From the NCBI GenBank assembly GCA_000091205.1, contig AP006499.2: a stretch of 64,000 nt of DNA; one strand, 5' to 3'. The DNA comes from Cyanidioschyzon merolae. Taxonomy: Eukaryota. The first letter of the stretch is position 1; each line of letters opens with the position of its first letter. The notes beneath the pieces were generated by a model. It was not told the DNA's origin, ran no database searches, and saw only the letters and a list, made by a program, of their open reading frames with translations. The translations under genes and the position numbers were made by a program. Below are positions 44,495-54,626 of this stretch, piece after piece.

Positions 44495-45035
44495 ACGAAG
44501 GAAAAGCTATGGAAGAATTTGAGGTGTTCTCGGTGAAGCTGGTGCTTTCGGATGACCAATGCATGAGTGTGTGTGTGTTTGTTTTCGTAGAATGGTGCTC
44601 GTATGAGGGCAAGAGCAGCACCATGAACACGTTCCAGATGCAAGGCACGAACTCGGATCGCATGGACAATGCATCTGTATACTGCAGCATGATCATCTCG
44701 AAGTGGTAATCGAACGATGTTGACACGGTTGCAAACGCTAGAACGGCAACATCTCCTTTGCTTTTCTCGACGCACGTGCAGCGCCATGATGCCCATTGCG
44801 TATCTGACACCGCTTCCTCTGCTGCTTACTGTGCATCGTTTTCCGCACCATATGGACGACGCCGCTCGTAAGGCATTCGCGAGCGCCCGCGTAACTTGGA
44901 CGAGGGAATGCGTCCACCAAGCGCAAGCGCTCCCTACGACTCTGTTTAAATGCCGTTGCTTGGAATAACCGCACATGCCGACGAGGAATCGCGGCACTAG
45001 AGGCCCGTGTCGAAGCACGGTCTCGGTTTGCGTGC

Positions 45036-45985
45036 TCAATAGAAACGCAACAAACGTGCCTTTCTTTTTTTGTGCTGGCTTTCCAGAACGCGATCAGGTC
45101 TGTGCCGCTGTTCCCGGGAAAGCGCACATCCCATCTTTTCCTGGTATGAGAAACAGGAGTTTCGTGGTGATGCGAAACGCAACAAACGTGCCTTTCTTTT
45201 TTTGTGCTGGCTTTCCAGAACGCGATCAGGTCTGTGCCGCTGTTCCCGGGAAAGCACACATCCCATCTTTTCCTGGTATGAGAAACAAGAGTTTCGTGGT
45301 GATGCGAAACGCAACAAACGTGCCTTTCTTTTTTTGTGCTGGCTTTCCAGAACGCGATCAGGTCTGTGCCGCTGTTCCCGGGAAAGCACACATCCCATCT
45401 TTTCCTGGTATGAGAAACAGGAGTTTCGTGGTGATGCGAAACGCAACGAACATGCCTTTCTTTTTTTGTGCTGGCTTTCCAGAACGCGATCAGGTCTGTG
45501 CCGCTGTGCCCGGGAAAGCGCACATCCCATCGTTTCCTGGTATGAGAAACAGGAGTTTCGTGGTGATGCGAAACGCAACAAACATGCCTTTCTTTTTTCG
45601 CACTGGCTTTCCAGAACGCGATCAGGTCTGTGCCGCTGTTCCCGGGAAAGCACACATCCCATCGTTTCCTGGTATGAGAAACAGGAGTTTCGTGGTGATG
45701 CGAAACGCAACAAACATGCCTTTCTTTTTTTTGTGCTGGCTTTCCAGAACGCGATCAGGTCTGTGCAGCTGTTCCCGGGAAAGCGCACATCCCATCGTTT
45801 CCTGGTATGAGAAACAGGAGTTTCGTGGTGATGCGAAACGCAACAAACGTGCCTTTCTTTTTTCGCACTGGCTTTCCAGAACGCGATCAGGTCTGTGCCG
45901 CTGTTCCCGGGAAAGCACACATCCCATCTTTTCCTGGTATGAGAAACAGGAGTTTCGTGGTGATGCGAAACGCAACGGCCGCAAT
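45036..45985. repeat. Tandem array, 132-bp unit x about 7.2 copies
   Basis: The CCCGGG landmark recurs at 45113, 45245, 45377, 45509, 45641, 45774 and 45906. Units are about 90-95 % identical and each contains the palindrome TTCCCGGGAA. It is intergenic, between uL4 and the 987-aa gene. Confidence 0.9.
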
Positions 45986-47660
45986 ACGGCCTCTACCTCC
46001 ACCCGAACCAGATGAGAACGGGGTATTGCATTGCTCGCGCTGCTCCTGCCTTGAGATTTCTTACCGCCCGCTTCGTGGATATACAGCCTCTACATTTGCA
46101 ATCCATGACAAAGCACTTTCGTATACATATGGAGTTGTAGGAGTCTCGGTCATGTTTTCGGAGTGCTTGTGTCGATCCGTTGCCGCTCGGGATTCGTCGT
46201 GCCATCGGATTGGAGCGGATTCACGACGACCTCGAACACGACTTTGTAAAATCGTCGATGACGTCATCAGAGTCGGACGTGAAAAAATCCACGCTTTTCG
46301 ATTCCCTCAGTGCTCTATACGCAAACGACACACGCTTCAACTCGATCGTTCTGATTCAGGGCAATTCGTGGGCACGGCAATTCGTTCTGATGAATCGATG
46401 AGGAAAGAAAACTCGATGTCGTGCTTTGACGACTGGGTCACGAGCATATACCGAATGTTCATTGGGCTTCTCACGTCAATTCATCGATATCGTTCGAAAG
46501 AGAAATCCTCTTCTCTTTGTGGTCAACGATGAAGCGGCATTCTACAGCAGCAGCGTGAGACGTCTCAGAAGCTGCTCCCCGAGGCTTCCGTATCCTCTGT
46601 TTGCCTGGGTACGGGTCTTGGACGCAAACCAGAGTCACTACAGCGATCGATAGCTTTGGAGCGTGCGTCACCGCCTGGAACGACGAGCGTGCAGATGGGA
46701 CGAAATGTCTCGACTAGTTCCGCAACCTGGGTTTTCCATCGGCTGCCTGTTTCATCGATGAGCTAAATCGCTTTCTCCAATTCCGCAATCGAAACGAATC
46801 GCGCGCACTTGCATATGCAGCAGACAGCAAAGTCGCGGCGAGCATCGCTCAGAAGAAGCCCGTGATCTTCGGGTACAGCAGCGAGCGCGGAAACAGAACA
46901 GGGCATCCATCGGTGCCGTCAGCAACTTCCAAGGACGCGTGTGTCGAGCCGTGAAGCACGGGGTCACGCGCCTCAAGTCGGTGCTCGGAGAACAAAGTGT
47001 TGCGGGTGTGTATAGGAGCATCTGAGCGGCATCAAGCGTTACCGCTGCGAAGCGCGCTCAGAGACTCTAGACATAGATGATGAAATGAACAAGCGACATG
47101 CAGACTGCGACTTTTGCCTGTATATGTATCTTATCGTGAGCAACAACCGATAACTGCGAGCATGGGGCTTTCACGTTGCCATCAACGTCCTTCCACTGCT
47201 GGCAATGTAGCTGGAGGAACGGGAAAGACTTTCCTGTATTACGCCGGAGATAAAAGAACGGAAAGAAGCAAATCGACGAAAAACCGCGGAAAACCCTGTT
47301 CTAATTCCAGTCGCAGGAGACCCGAAACATAGTCCGTACGCCCAAGTTAGTCGACTTGACCCGTTCCATTTTATGCGAATATGGGTGTACACCAGCCTGA
47401 GCGCCCCAGAACAACAACAACAACAACGGCTTTTCTGCTGCGCCGATTTTCCAAAAGCATCCGGACTCTGTGGAACGATTTTTCGTGGAAACATGCGGAT
47501 ACCAGCATGAGCGAACATGCATGGACGTGCTGCTCACGGACTTGTACACACTGTGCTCGTCCTCGCTTCCCAGGATTCGCGTCACGATGCTTCCGCCTGT
47601 CACTGGCTGCGTAGTGCCCCACGTTACGCCCTGACGCTTACACGTCGCAGCTGCAGCAGG

Positions 47661-47690
<30 letters not shown>
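47661..47690. repeat. (GAC)10 microsatellite immediately 3' of the stop codon of the minus-strand 987-aa gene
   Basis: gacgacgac... x 10. The stop codon (cta on the plus strand) is at 47693-47695. Confidence 0.9.
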
Positions 47691-47692
<2 letters not shown>

Positions 47693-50656
47693 CTACGATA
47701 CGTAATGACCTCGCCTGAGCACGTTCAGAAGCGACGACCAATCGATGAAAACAGATGATCCAAATCGCTCACTACCGTCGACAGAGCGATTCCGCTCTGG
47801 TCTGGGTCCACACAGCTCCTGTTGCCGTCCAGCGGCGATACGGCGAAGGTAGGTGACTGCCCTGCCGTCCTGGAACGCTAAGAGCTGTTGGTAGTTCGCG
47901 TCAGCCTCGAGTCGTTTTGCGAATCCAGGATCTTGCTGCGCCAGCGTTTCAGCACATTCCAAACAACGGGCCAGATACGGCAGACTTGCCAAGTGAGTTC
48001 CCTGTTTCCGCCGCTCCCAGAGCTGCCCCGGCTCCGAAACTGCCTCTGATGGTTTTCGCTGCTGAAGCAGCTGACGCTGATACCACTCAAAATCAGCACA
48101 GACCCCGCGATAGATCGCTTCGAGGACAGAACACCGGGCCAACTCCGTGGACTCGGACGCCGCATGCGACCCAGAACTCGACACTTGCTGCGATGCTTCT
48201 GATTGCCCTGCTATCGCCTCGCCAAACCAAAGTTGACTGCAGAGTTGGCGCCCAGGCGTCGTATCTGCAGCGTTCGTGTGCTCGTTTGGCGACCACCGAG
48301 CCGCATCTGAAACTTGTTCGACGATCGATAGCAGCACCGCGTGGACACAGTTGGACCAAGGATGATCCAGAAACATCATCATGACGAGCGAAAGCGCGCT
48401 AGTGGACGCGAGGGCGCTATCGATAGCAGCTCGACGTGCTTGAACAAGCCGCTGCAAGACACAGAGGTACCTGTAGCGCGCCAGGGATACGGGTCGCTCA
48501 ATCCAGAGCCCTGCTTGATTCTCTCGTGGTGCCGGCTCCGGAAGCGCCCAGATGCCCCGCTCTAGCACGGTCAGGTTCGCAACCAGAACGCGCAGAAGGA
48601 GCGGAAGACCCTGACTGGAAACCTCCGGATCATAGGACTGCTCTGGAAGAGCGCACAGGGACGACGGTTCAAGAGATGTGGGCAGGTTCTCCATTGACGA
48701 CCCGGATACCAGGTTTGGGCCTCTCGCATCAGTGGTACGCATCGACTTGCCGACATCGTCGTCGTTGCCATCGTCAGGTGGACGCGACGGCGACCACGAC
48801 ATTGACCTATCGGCAACCGCTGCACCAGACGCCACGGGCGAGAACGGAGTCTCCAGCGCTAGTCCCGAGAAATGATTGGCATCCAGTCCCAGCAGGCGAT
48901 CCAATCCATGCAGGAGACTCTCCAGGTAGTCGTTCACTTCGGAACGCGCAGCGCCGTCGCGATCTGTGTCCTGGATTTGCTCCAGCGCCTCAAAGAGCTG
49001 GTAAAAGTCGTATCCATCAGCGTCATCAGGGGTATCTTCGTTGCCTCTTGGGGTGCAGGCAAGCATCGCTGCCTCGGTGGTGGTCTCGTTCCCGTCGCCC
49101 GATGCAGCAGCGTCGAGCACCAGTGCATCAAGCGTAGATGTCGGTTGCTTTTCGGTATCGGCTGCTGGGGTGCTTTGCGTTCGGTTGCTCAAAGCTGGGC
49201 GTTGCGGACTCGAGGCTGCGCTGCTGTCGCCAGTTGCAGCACGAGGCGACGACTGGTGTCGCCGACCGGGGTCCGCGGTCAGTCGGCACCTCTGTTCAGC
49301 GTCTCCGAGTATCGCGTTGTCACCTGCCTCCTCAACGGCCGCGTCCAGATGCGGAACATCCGTATAAATCGCCCAGGTGCCGTCACCGAGTGTCAGCACG
49401 AGTCGACTCTCCTCCAGGGACATTTTCAGACACGTTCGACCGGCTGCCGCAGAGGAGCGCTCTTCATGCCTCGCAGCATCATCGGTGCCTGCTCCATTTT
49501 CCAAACGTCGTGCTGTTTCCCAGAGCGCACGAATCGTGCTCTCCGGATAGATGTTGTGAATCTGGAGAATATGACGCGGAGTTGATGGCGCAGCAGCCGT
49601 GCTGCCGTGTCTGCGTGGCGCTGCCCCAGCAGCGGTGCTGGTGCCCAGGGCACTCGTGTCGCCGGGTGCACGGGTCAGCGTGTCTGCTCCAGCGCGTGCG
49701 TCAGTCGCCAGCGGCTTTTCAGCCAACGCAGTGAGGAGAAACACTGCGCTCTCCTCACTGAGCCCGCGAGAGCCATCGAGAACGCAGTGTGCCAGGACGC
49801 TGCAGGCCGGTGAGCGCAGCAGACGCAGGAGAGGCCTCGCTACCAAATGGCGAGACTCGTCGCCATCGCCCTTCTCCAGATTGTCGTACAAGTCGCATTC
49901 TGAAAAATCGAGAACCGTGAAGAGCCCATCCAGTTCCTGGGTAGGCAGCGGGGAACCGTCCGCTCCGAGAAGCGCCTCCACGAACGCTTCCAATGCGCTG
50001 GCGTTTAGCGGGTTTCGTCCCATGTCCAGAGCGATACCACCGAGTCGTCGCTTGCGAGCGGCCTCCCTGATAGCCATGCCCAACGTCTTCGCTTTGCGGT
50101 TCGATACACCGCAATGGGATACATCCAGAAACAGGAATGCGCCGTTCTCTGCGTTACGGATCTCGTTCAAGGCACTGAAAAAGACGTTTTCCGAGCGTTC
50201 TCGTTTCGAAAGCGGCGGCGGTCGCCATACCGTCTCCGCCGAGTCTGACGTTTTCGGAGGTGCAGCCAGGCCGGTGAGCGACTCGGTAGCCGTCGTTCCC
50301 GAGGCGTCTGCTGCAACAGCCGCGCTATCTTGTTTTCTCCAGAGCGGTTTCTTCCGGGCGCGCCCTCCGCGTCGCCTGCTGCGCCTCACGAAGCTCAACG
50401 CTTCTGCGGTAACATTCGCCTGCGAGTCGCTGGGTGCACCCAAAGTGTCGTGTCCAGCTTCAGCACCCGTACTCGAAGGTGACACAGCGACTACCGCACC
50501 GCTGCTGCTCGTGCCGCCCGGCGAGTGCACCGACAGCGTTGCCGCAAACAGCTCAGTGCTGCTTGCACCAAGCACTTGAGGTCCGTTCGAGTCCAAAACA
50601 CCTGAACACGGTGCGTTCGACTCGCGCGTCGCAGGATCCTCCCTCACCAGCACCAT
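47693..50656 (-). CDS. Leucine-rich-repeat (ribonuclease-inhibitor-like LRR) protein, 987 aa, with an uncharacterised C-terminal domain
   Basis: ATG confirmed (cat at 50654-50656). RI-type LRR segments include LDVSHCGVSNRKAKTLGMAIREAARKRRLGGIALDMGRNPLNASALEAFVEAL and LLRLLRSPACSVLAHCVLDGSRGLSEESAVFLLTAL. Confidence 0.5.
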   Translation of the reverse strand: MVLVREDPATRESNAPCSGVLDSNGPQVLGASSTELFAATLSVHSPGGTSSSGAVVAVSPSSTGAEAGHDTLGAPSDSQANVTAEALSFVRRSRRRGGRARKKPLWRKQDSAAVAADASGTTATESLTGLAAPPKTSDSAETVWRPPPLSKRERSENVFFSALNEIRNAENGAFLFLDVSHCGVSNRKAKTLGMAIREAARKRRLGGIALDMGRNPLNASALEAFVEALLGADGSPLPTQELDGLFTVLDFSECDLYDNLEKGDGDESRHLVARPLLRLLRSPACSVLAHCVLDGSRGLSEESAVFLLTALAEKPLATDARAGADTLTRAPGDTSALGTSTAAGAAPRRHGSTAAAPSTPRHILQIHNIYPESTIRALWETARRLENGAGTDDAARHEERSSAAAGRTCLKMSLEESRLVLTLGDGTWAIYTDVPHLDAAVEEAGDNAILGDAEQRCRLTADPGRRHQSSPRAATGDSSAASSPQRPALSNRTQSTPAADTEKQPTSTLDALVLDAAASGDGNETTTEAAMLACTPRGNEDTPDDADGYDFYQLFEALEQIQDTDRDGAARSEVNDYLESLLHGLDRLLGLDANHFSGLALETPFSPVASGAAVADRSMSWSPSRPPDDGNDDDVGKSMRTTDARGPNLVSGSSMENLPTSLEPSSLCALPEQSYDPEVSSQGLPLLLRVLVANLTVLERGIWALPEPAPRENQAGLWIERPVSLARYRYLCVLQRLVQARRAAIDSALASTSALSLVMMMFLDHPWSNCVHAVLLSIVEQVSDAARWSPNEHTNAADTTPGRQLCSQLWFGEAIAGQSEASQQVSSSGSHAASESTELARCSVLEAIYRGVCADFEWYQRQLLQQRKPSEAVSEPGQLWERRKQGTHLASLPYLARCLECAETLAQQDPGFAKRLEADANYQQLLAFQDGRAVTYLRRIAAGRQQELCGPRPERNRSVDGSERFGSSVFIDWSSLLNVLRRGHYVS

Positions 50657-50993
50657 GAGCCGGGGTCCATCCAGCGAAGCGTAGACGACTCGTTGATAGC
50701 GATAGCGAGCTGCTGGCTCACCACCTGCCCTAACCAGGTTCTACCCTGTAGCTGCGTCTGTTACTGCTGCTCCTGCGGCTGCTGTGCGAAGTAGTCGATC
50801 CATCGACGGCGATGCCGTGGCGCTGCCGCTGCCTCCCAGGGAGTGGCTTTGGTGTGTGTGGCAACAGCCGGGGCTGCGGTGTCGCTGCGCAAGGTGCTTG
50901 TGTCAACCGAATAGACTTGGTGTTTGTGTGCTTCAATCTGTACAAACACTCAAATCCTAGTACCTTCTCAAGTGGTACCGGCTCGGGGGTGCT

Positions 50994-52679
50994 ATGCTCG
51001 GCACCTCGGTGGCTCGCTTCAAAGGCGTCACGGAGCCGGTGTCGACGGCGACGCCTACCGCCGCTGAACTACGACTTACCCGGACGCTTGAAGAGTGCTT
51101 GCACGCGAACAACCTGTACCCTTCGCGGGAGGAGCAGCGTCAGCGCTTAAATGTTCTGGGGGCACTCAACGCGGTTGTCGTCGAGTGGGTTCGGCGGGTT
51201 GCGCTGGCGCAGCGCCTCAGTGAGGACGTCGTCGAGGAGCACGGGGCGCGCATCTTCACATTCGGCTCGTATCGTTTGGGTGTGAACGGCCCTGGGGCCG
51301 ATGTCGACACGCTTTGTGTCGTTCCGCGTTTTGTTGAGCGCAACCGCTACTTTTTCGGTTTACCGGACGAGCAGGGTAGTCGTGCGCCGACGCAAGTCGT
51401 GCTTGCCGACATGCTGCGCCAGGACGACCGCACCGAGGAGCTCGTTACCGTGGAATCCGCATACGTACCAGTGATAAAGATTCGGTTTATGGGTGTGGAT
51501 ATGGATCTGCTGTGTGCGCCTATCGCTTTGATGAAGATACCCAAGAACTTTAACATCTTGGATGATGCCGTGCTGCGGAATGTCGATGATGCGACGCAGC
51601 GTTCACTGAACGGCGTCCGGGTGACGGACTCTATTTTGGAACTGGTGCCCGATGTAGACACGTTTCGCACGACGCTTCGCTGTATCAAGTTTTGGGCAAA
51701 ACGTCGAGGGATCTACAGCAACGTGCTCGGGTACCTTGGTGGTGTCGCCTGGGCGATGCTGGTGGCACGTGTGTGCCAGCTGTACCCAAACGCGACCGCT
51801 GCTGTGGTATTGAGTGCTTTTTTTCGCCTCTATAGTCAGTGGCAATGGCCCAAGCCTGTGAAACTATGTCCAATCATTCGTCATCAACATGCTGGACTGC
51901 GCCAGCTTAAAGTCTGGGATCCGACTGACCCGCGCGACCGGCGGCACCTGATGCCGATCATCACGCCTGCTTATCCGTCCATGAACAGCACGTACAACGT
52001 GACGCATAGTACACTGCGTATTATGATGGAAGAGTTCGCCCGGGGTCAGCAGATATGCGCGGATGTACTTGCGGCTGCCGGGTCTGACGGTACGGGCGTC
52101 TCCCCGCGTGACTGGGAACGTCTGCTGGAGCCGTCCGATTTTTTCGCCCGTTATAAGCATTACTTACAGATAGAGATAACCGCTGGTAATATGGATGACT
52201 TGAAAAAGTGGCGCGGGCACGTGGAGTCGCGTCTGCGACTCTTGGTGCAGAGACTCGAAGTGCTGCCTCCGGTCTCGGTTCATCCCTGGCCTGAGGCCGA
52301 CGAGAGAGGCACTTCCGTTTTCTTCTATTTCGGTCTTCGCTTGGAAACCGATAAAATCGCTCGGGAAGAGGGCACGAAACGTGCTCGTATTGACCTGAAC
52401 TCTCCGGTGGAGTCCTGGCTATCGACTCCGGACCCGCGGGATACACGCAGTGTTCCGGTGCTGCACTGGCCGGAGCGCACACCGGACATGCTCGTGCACG
52501 TGACTCCGCTGAAGCGTGCACAGTTACCAGAATCTTTGCGCGTGCAGCGAAAACGTCCAGCTGAGACTGATCCCTCCGCTGCCGCTGCTCCTGCAGCGCT
52601 CCAAGTCGTGACGAAAAAGTCGCGCTCGACCCCGGACGGCGCTTCTGCGTCCCTGCTTCGTGCTCCAACGGAGACGTGA
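50994..52679 (+). CDS. Canonical eukaryotic poly(A) polymerase
   Basis: ATG at 50994. The N-terminus GVTEPVSTATPTAAELRLT..L matches the PAP N-terminus. The catalytic FGSYRLGVNGPGADVDTLCVVP (DxD) is present. The central and RNA-binding domains are conserved (VTDSILELVPD, IKFWAKRRGIYSNVLGYLGGVAWAML). Confidence 0.8.
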   Translation: MLGTSVARFKGVTEPVSTATPTAAELRLTRTLEECLHANNLYPSREEQRQRLNVLGALNAVVVEWVRRVALAQRLSEDVVEEHGARIFTFGSYRLGVNGPGADVDTLCVVPRFVERNRYFFGLPDEQGSRAPTQVVLADMLRQDDRTEELVTVESAYVPVIKIRFMGVDMDLLCAPIALMKIPKNFNILDDAVLRNVDDATQRSLNGVRVTDSILELVPDVDTFRTTLRCIKFWAKRRGIYSNVLGYLGGVAWAMLVARVCQLYPNATAAVVLSAFFRLYSQWQWPKPVKLCPIIRHQHAGLRQLKVWDPTDPRDRRHLMPIITPAYPSMNSTYNVTHSTLRIMMEEFARGQQICADVLAAAGSDGTGVSPRDWERLLEPSDFFARYKHYLQIEITAGNMDDLKKWRGHVESRLRLLVQRLEVLPPVSVHPWPEADERGTSVFFYFGLRLETDKIAREEGTKRARIDLNSPVESWLSTPDPRDTRSVPVLHWPERTPDMLVHVTPLKRAQLPESLRVQRKRPAETDPSAAAAPAALQVVTKKSRSTPDGASASLLRAPTET

Positions 52680-54210
52680 CAAGGTTGTTGCGAAACGCTC
52701 ACTGGCCGGGCGCTTCCTGTTCAGGCGGTTCAATGGTGAGCGGGGCAGTCGTCGCCAGGGCAGTGGCGATAGATTTCGAACCCCAATGCAAACGCATAGG
52801 GCGTGTATCTCAGTGAAATGCTATAGAAACCTGTATATTCCAAAGAAAAATCTGCGAAGCGTCGGAGTGATAAAGTGCATGCCGGGGACAAGCGCTGATC
52901 CGACGTACCCGTGGCATGCTCGGAATCGAGTCACGACTTGGTGATACCTTCCTGCGCACATCAGCGCACTTTTGCTTCACGGACGTACGCGAAGTACTGA
53001 TGAACGATGGAACAACATATGTTTCTACCGATTGCGCAGGAAAAATCGTAAACGATATATATATGGCGCTGCTATATTCATGGATTGCTGGACGGATCGT
53101 ACCAGTGCCTCGTTCGCGCGAGAATCGCATGACTTTACACCTCGCGACTGATTTTTACATCGCCAGACTTTCTGTTTTCAGCACCATGTCCATAAAGAGT
53201 ACTACACGAGTACCTCGCGAGCCCGCTCGACACAAGGCTGTTGGACGCTCCCGATGCACGAGACATTTCCGGATGTTGGTTGAGGCATACAGGTCTCCGT
53301 GCAGAATGCCTCTGCCTATGTTTGCCTGCGGAATCGCATCATTGCAAGACGCTCATTTTCGATTGCCTCGCCAGTTGGCGTTCGATCAGCTTACCGTTCA
53401 CCATCTCGTGCATGCGACTATTCACTACGCTCTTCTTCTGTGCACGGTTCAGCGTACAGCCATGCTTGTGCAGCTTGCGTATCGTCCTGAATATATCGAT
53501 GGAAATTGTCCGGCATGGATTGGTGCACTCTTTGGACGCTCTCGTTGAATGAGCAGGTGCGCATCCAGTTTGACAAGTGCTGTATTGGATGCACGGAACG
53601 TTCAGGATAAGCATGCGAAGAAGCGTGCTTCACTCATCGAAGGACTTTCGAATACCTGATTTGAACAAGTAAGGCCGTTTCATCCAATTACCATGAAACA
53701 TATCAGTTCCTTTCACCTCTTTTTCCAACCCACAAGATGCATTCCTTTTGTTGAACACATCCCAGATAAACACCCAAAAAAGTCCTAATGGTCTAGGCGT
53801 TCTAGAATTCACCACCCTAGTTATACCGACAATCACCATTTGCGTGTCCGTGCATCTTCGACGAGTCGCTCGCGGTATCGACCGCCCCATCCGCACCGCA
53901 GTTGCGCTGCAGCGTGCAACAGCGCATGCGATCCTGCATCAGCAGCTAGCCGCGAACCTGCATGGCACGCGGCATCCACGCCGCCGAGTCTCCAAAGCGT
54001 ACCAGGAACACGAAATCCCAATCCCGAAACCCGAACGGTCTGGTACGAAGAAAGCATCAATGCAGCTCCGCATGTCCATACCCATCGCACACATGAAGAA
54101 GCACACCAGGTACTGGAATGTAGCCTCTAGCAGAGCATCCCGGTATTGGGTGATCGTTCCCGCCCACGTTATCCCGGGATCTCGCTTCAACGATGATTGT
54201 ACAAGCGAAT

Positions 54211-54515
54211 CGCCCTCTTTAGAGCCCCTAAAGGTGGACGCTGTACAGATCGTCCTCTCCAGCGCACATGAAGGCTGCCGCTGTACAGATCGCCCTCTTC
54301 AGAGCCCCTAAAGGTGGACGCTGTACAGATCGTCCTCTCCAGCGCACATGAAGGCTGCCGCTGTACAGATCGCCCTCTTCAGAGCCCCTAAAGGTGGACG
54401 CTGTACAGATCGTCCTCTCCAGCGCACATGAAGGCTGCCGCTGTATAGATCGTCCTCTTCAGAGCCCCTAAAGGTGGACGCTGTACAGATCGTCCTCTCC
54501 AGCGCACATGAAGGC
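54211..54515. repeat. Tandem repeat, 80-bp unit (two diverged 40-bp halves) x about 3.8 copies
   Basis: AGAGCCCCTAAAGGTGGACG recurs at 54221, 54301, 54381 and 54461. Each unit is CTGTACAGATCGTCCTCTCCAGCGCACATGAAGGCTGCCG + CTGTACAGATCGCCCTCTTCAGAGCCCCTAAAGGTGGACG. It lies about 100 bp upstream of the Pol-X ORF. Coordinates here may be off by 1. Confidence 0.85.
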
Positions 54516-54626
54516 GGACATCGACGCGCATGCACCGAGGCGATCTCTCGCCAAATATCTCTGAGGGAAAACGAGAGGGCTCTCTACTGTACCTCAGGTG
54601 CGCGTGCCGCTACCAAGTCCGATTGA

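Noticed and set aside
45036-45985. Possibility that the 132-bp array or the 80-bp array is a CRISPR array, a 5S rDNA cluster or a spliced-leader gene cluster
   Set aside because: The units are contiguous and near-identical with no unique spacers, so it is not CRISPR. The rest of the window is clearly eukaryotic. The unit does not match the 5S rRNA consensus or known SL sequences.
44738-46015. Four 246-346-aa ORFs (44738-45655, 44975-46015, 45036-45920, 45070-45810) with 44-aa internal repeats
   Set aside because: They are produced by the 132-bp (3 x 44) tandem array, are open on both strands simultaneously, and resemble no protein repeat family. I call them artefacts of the satellite.
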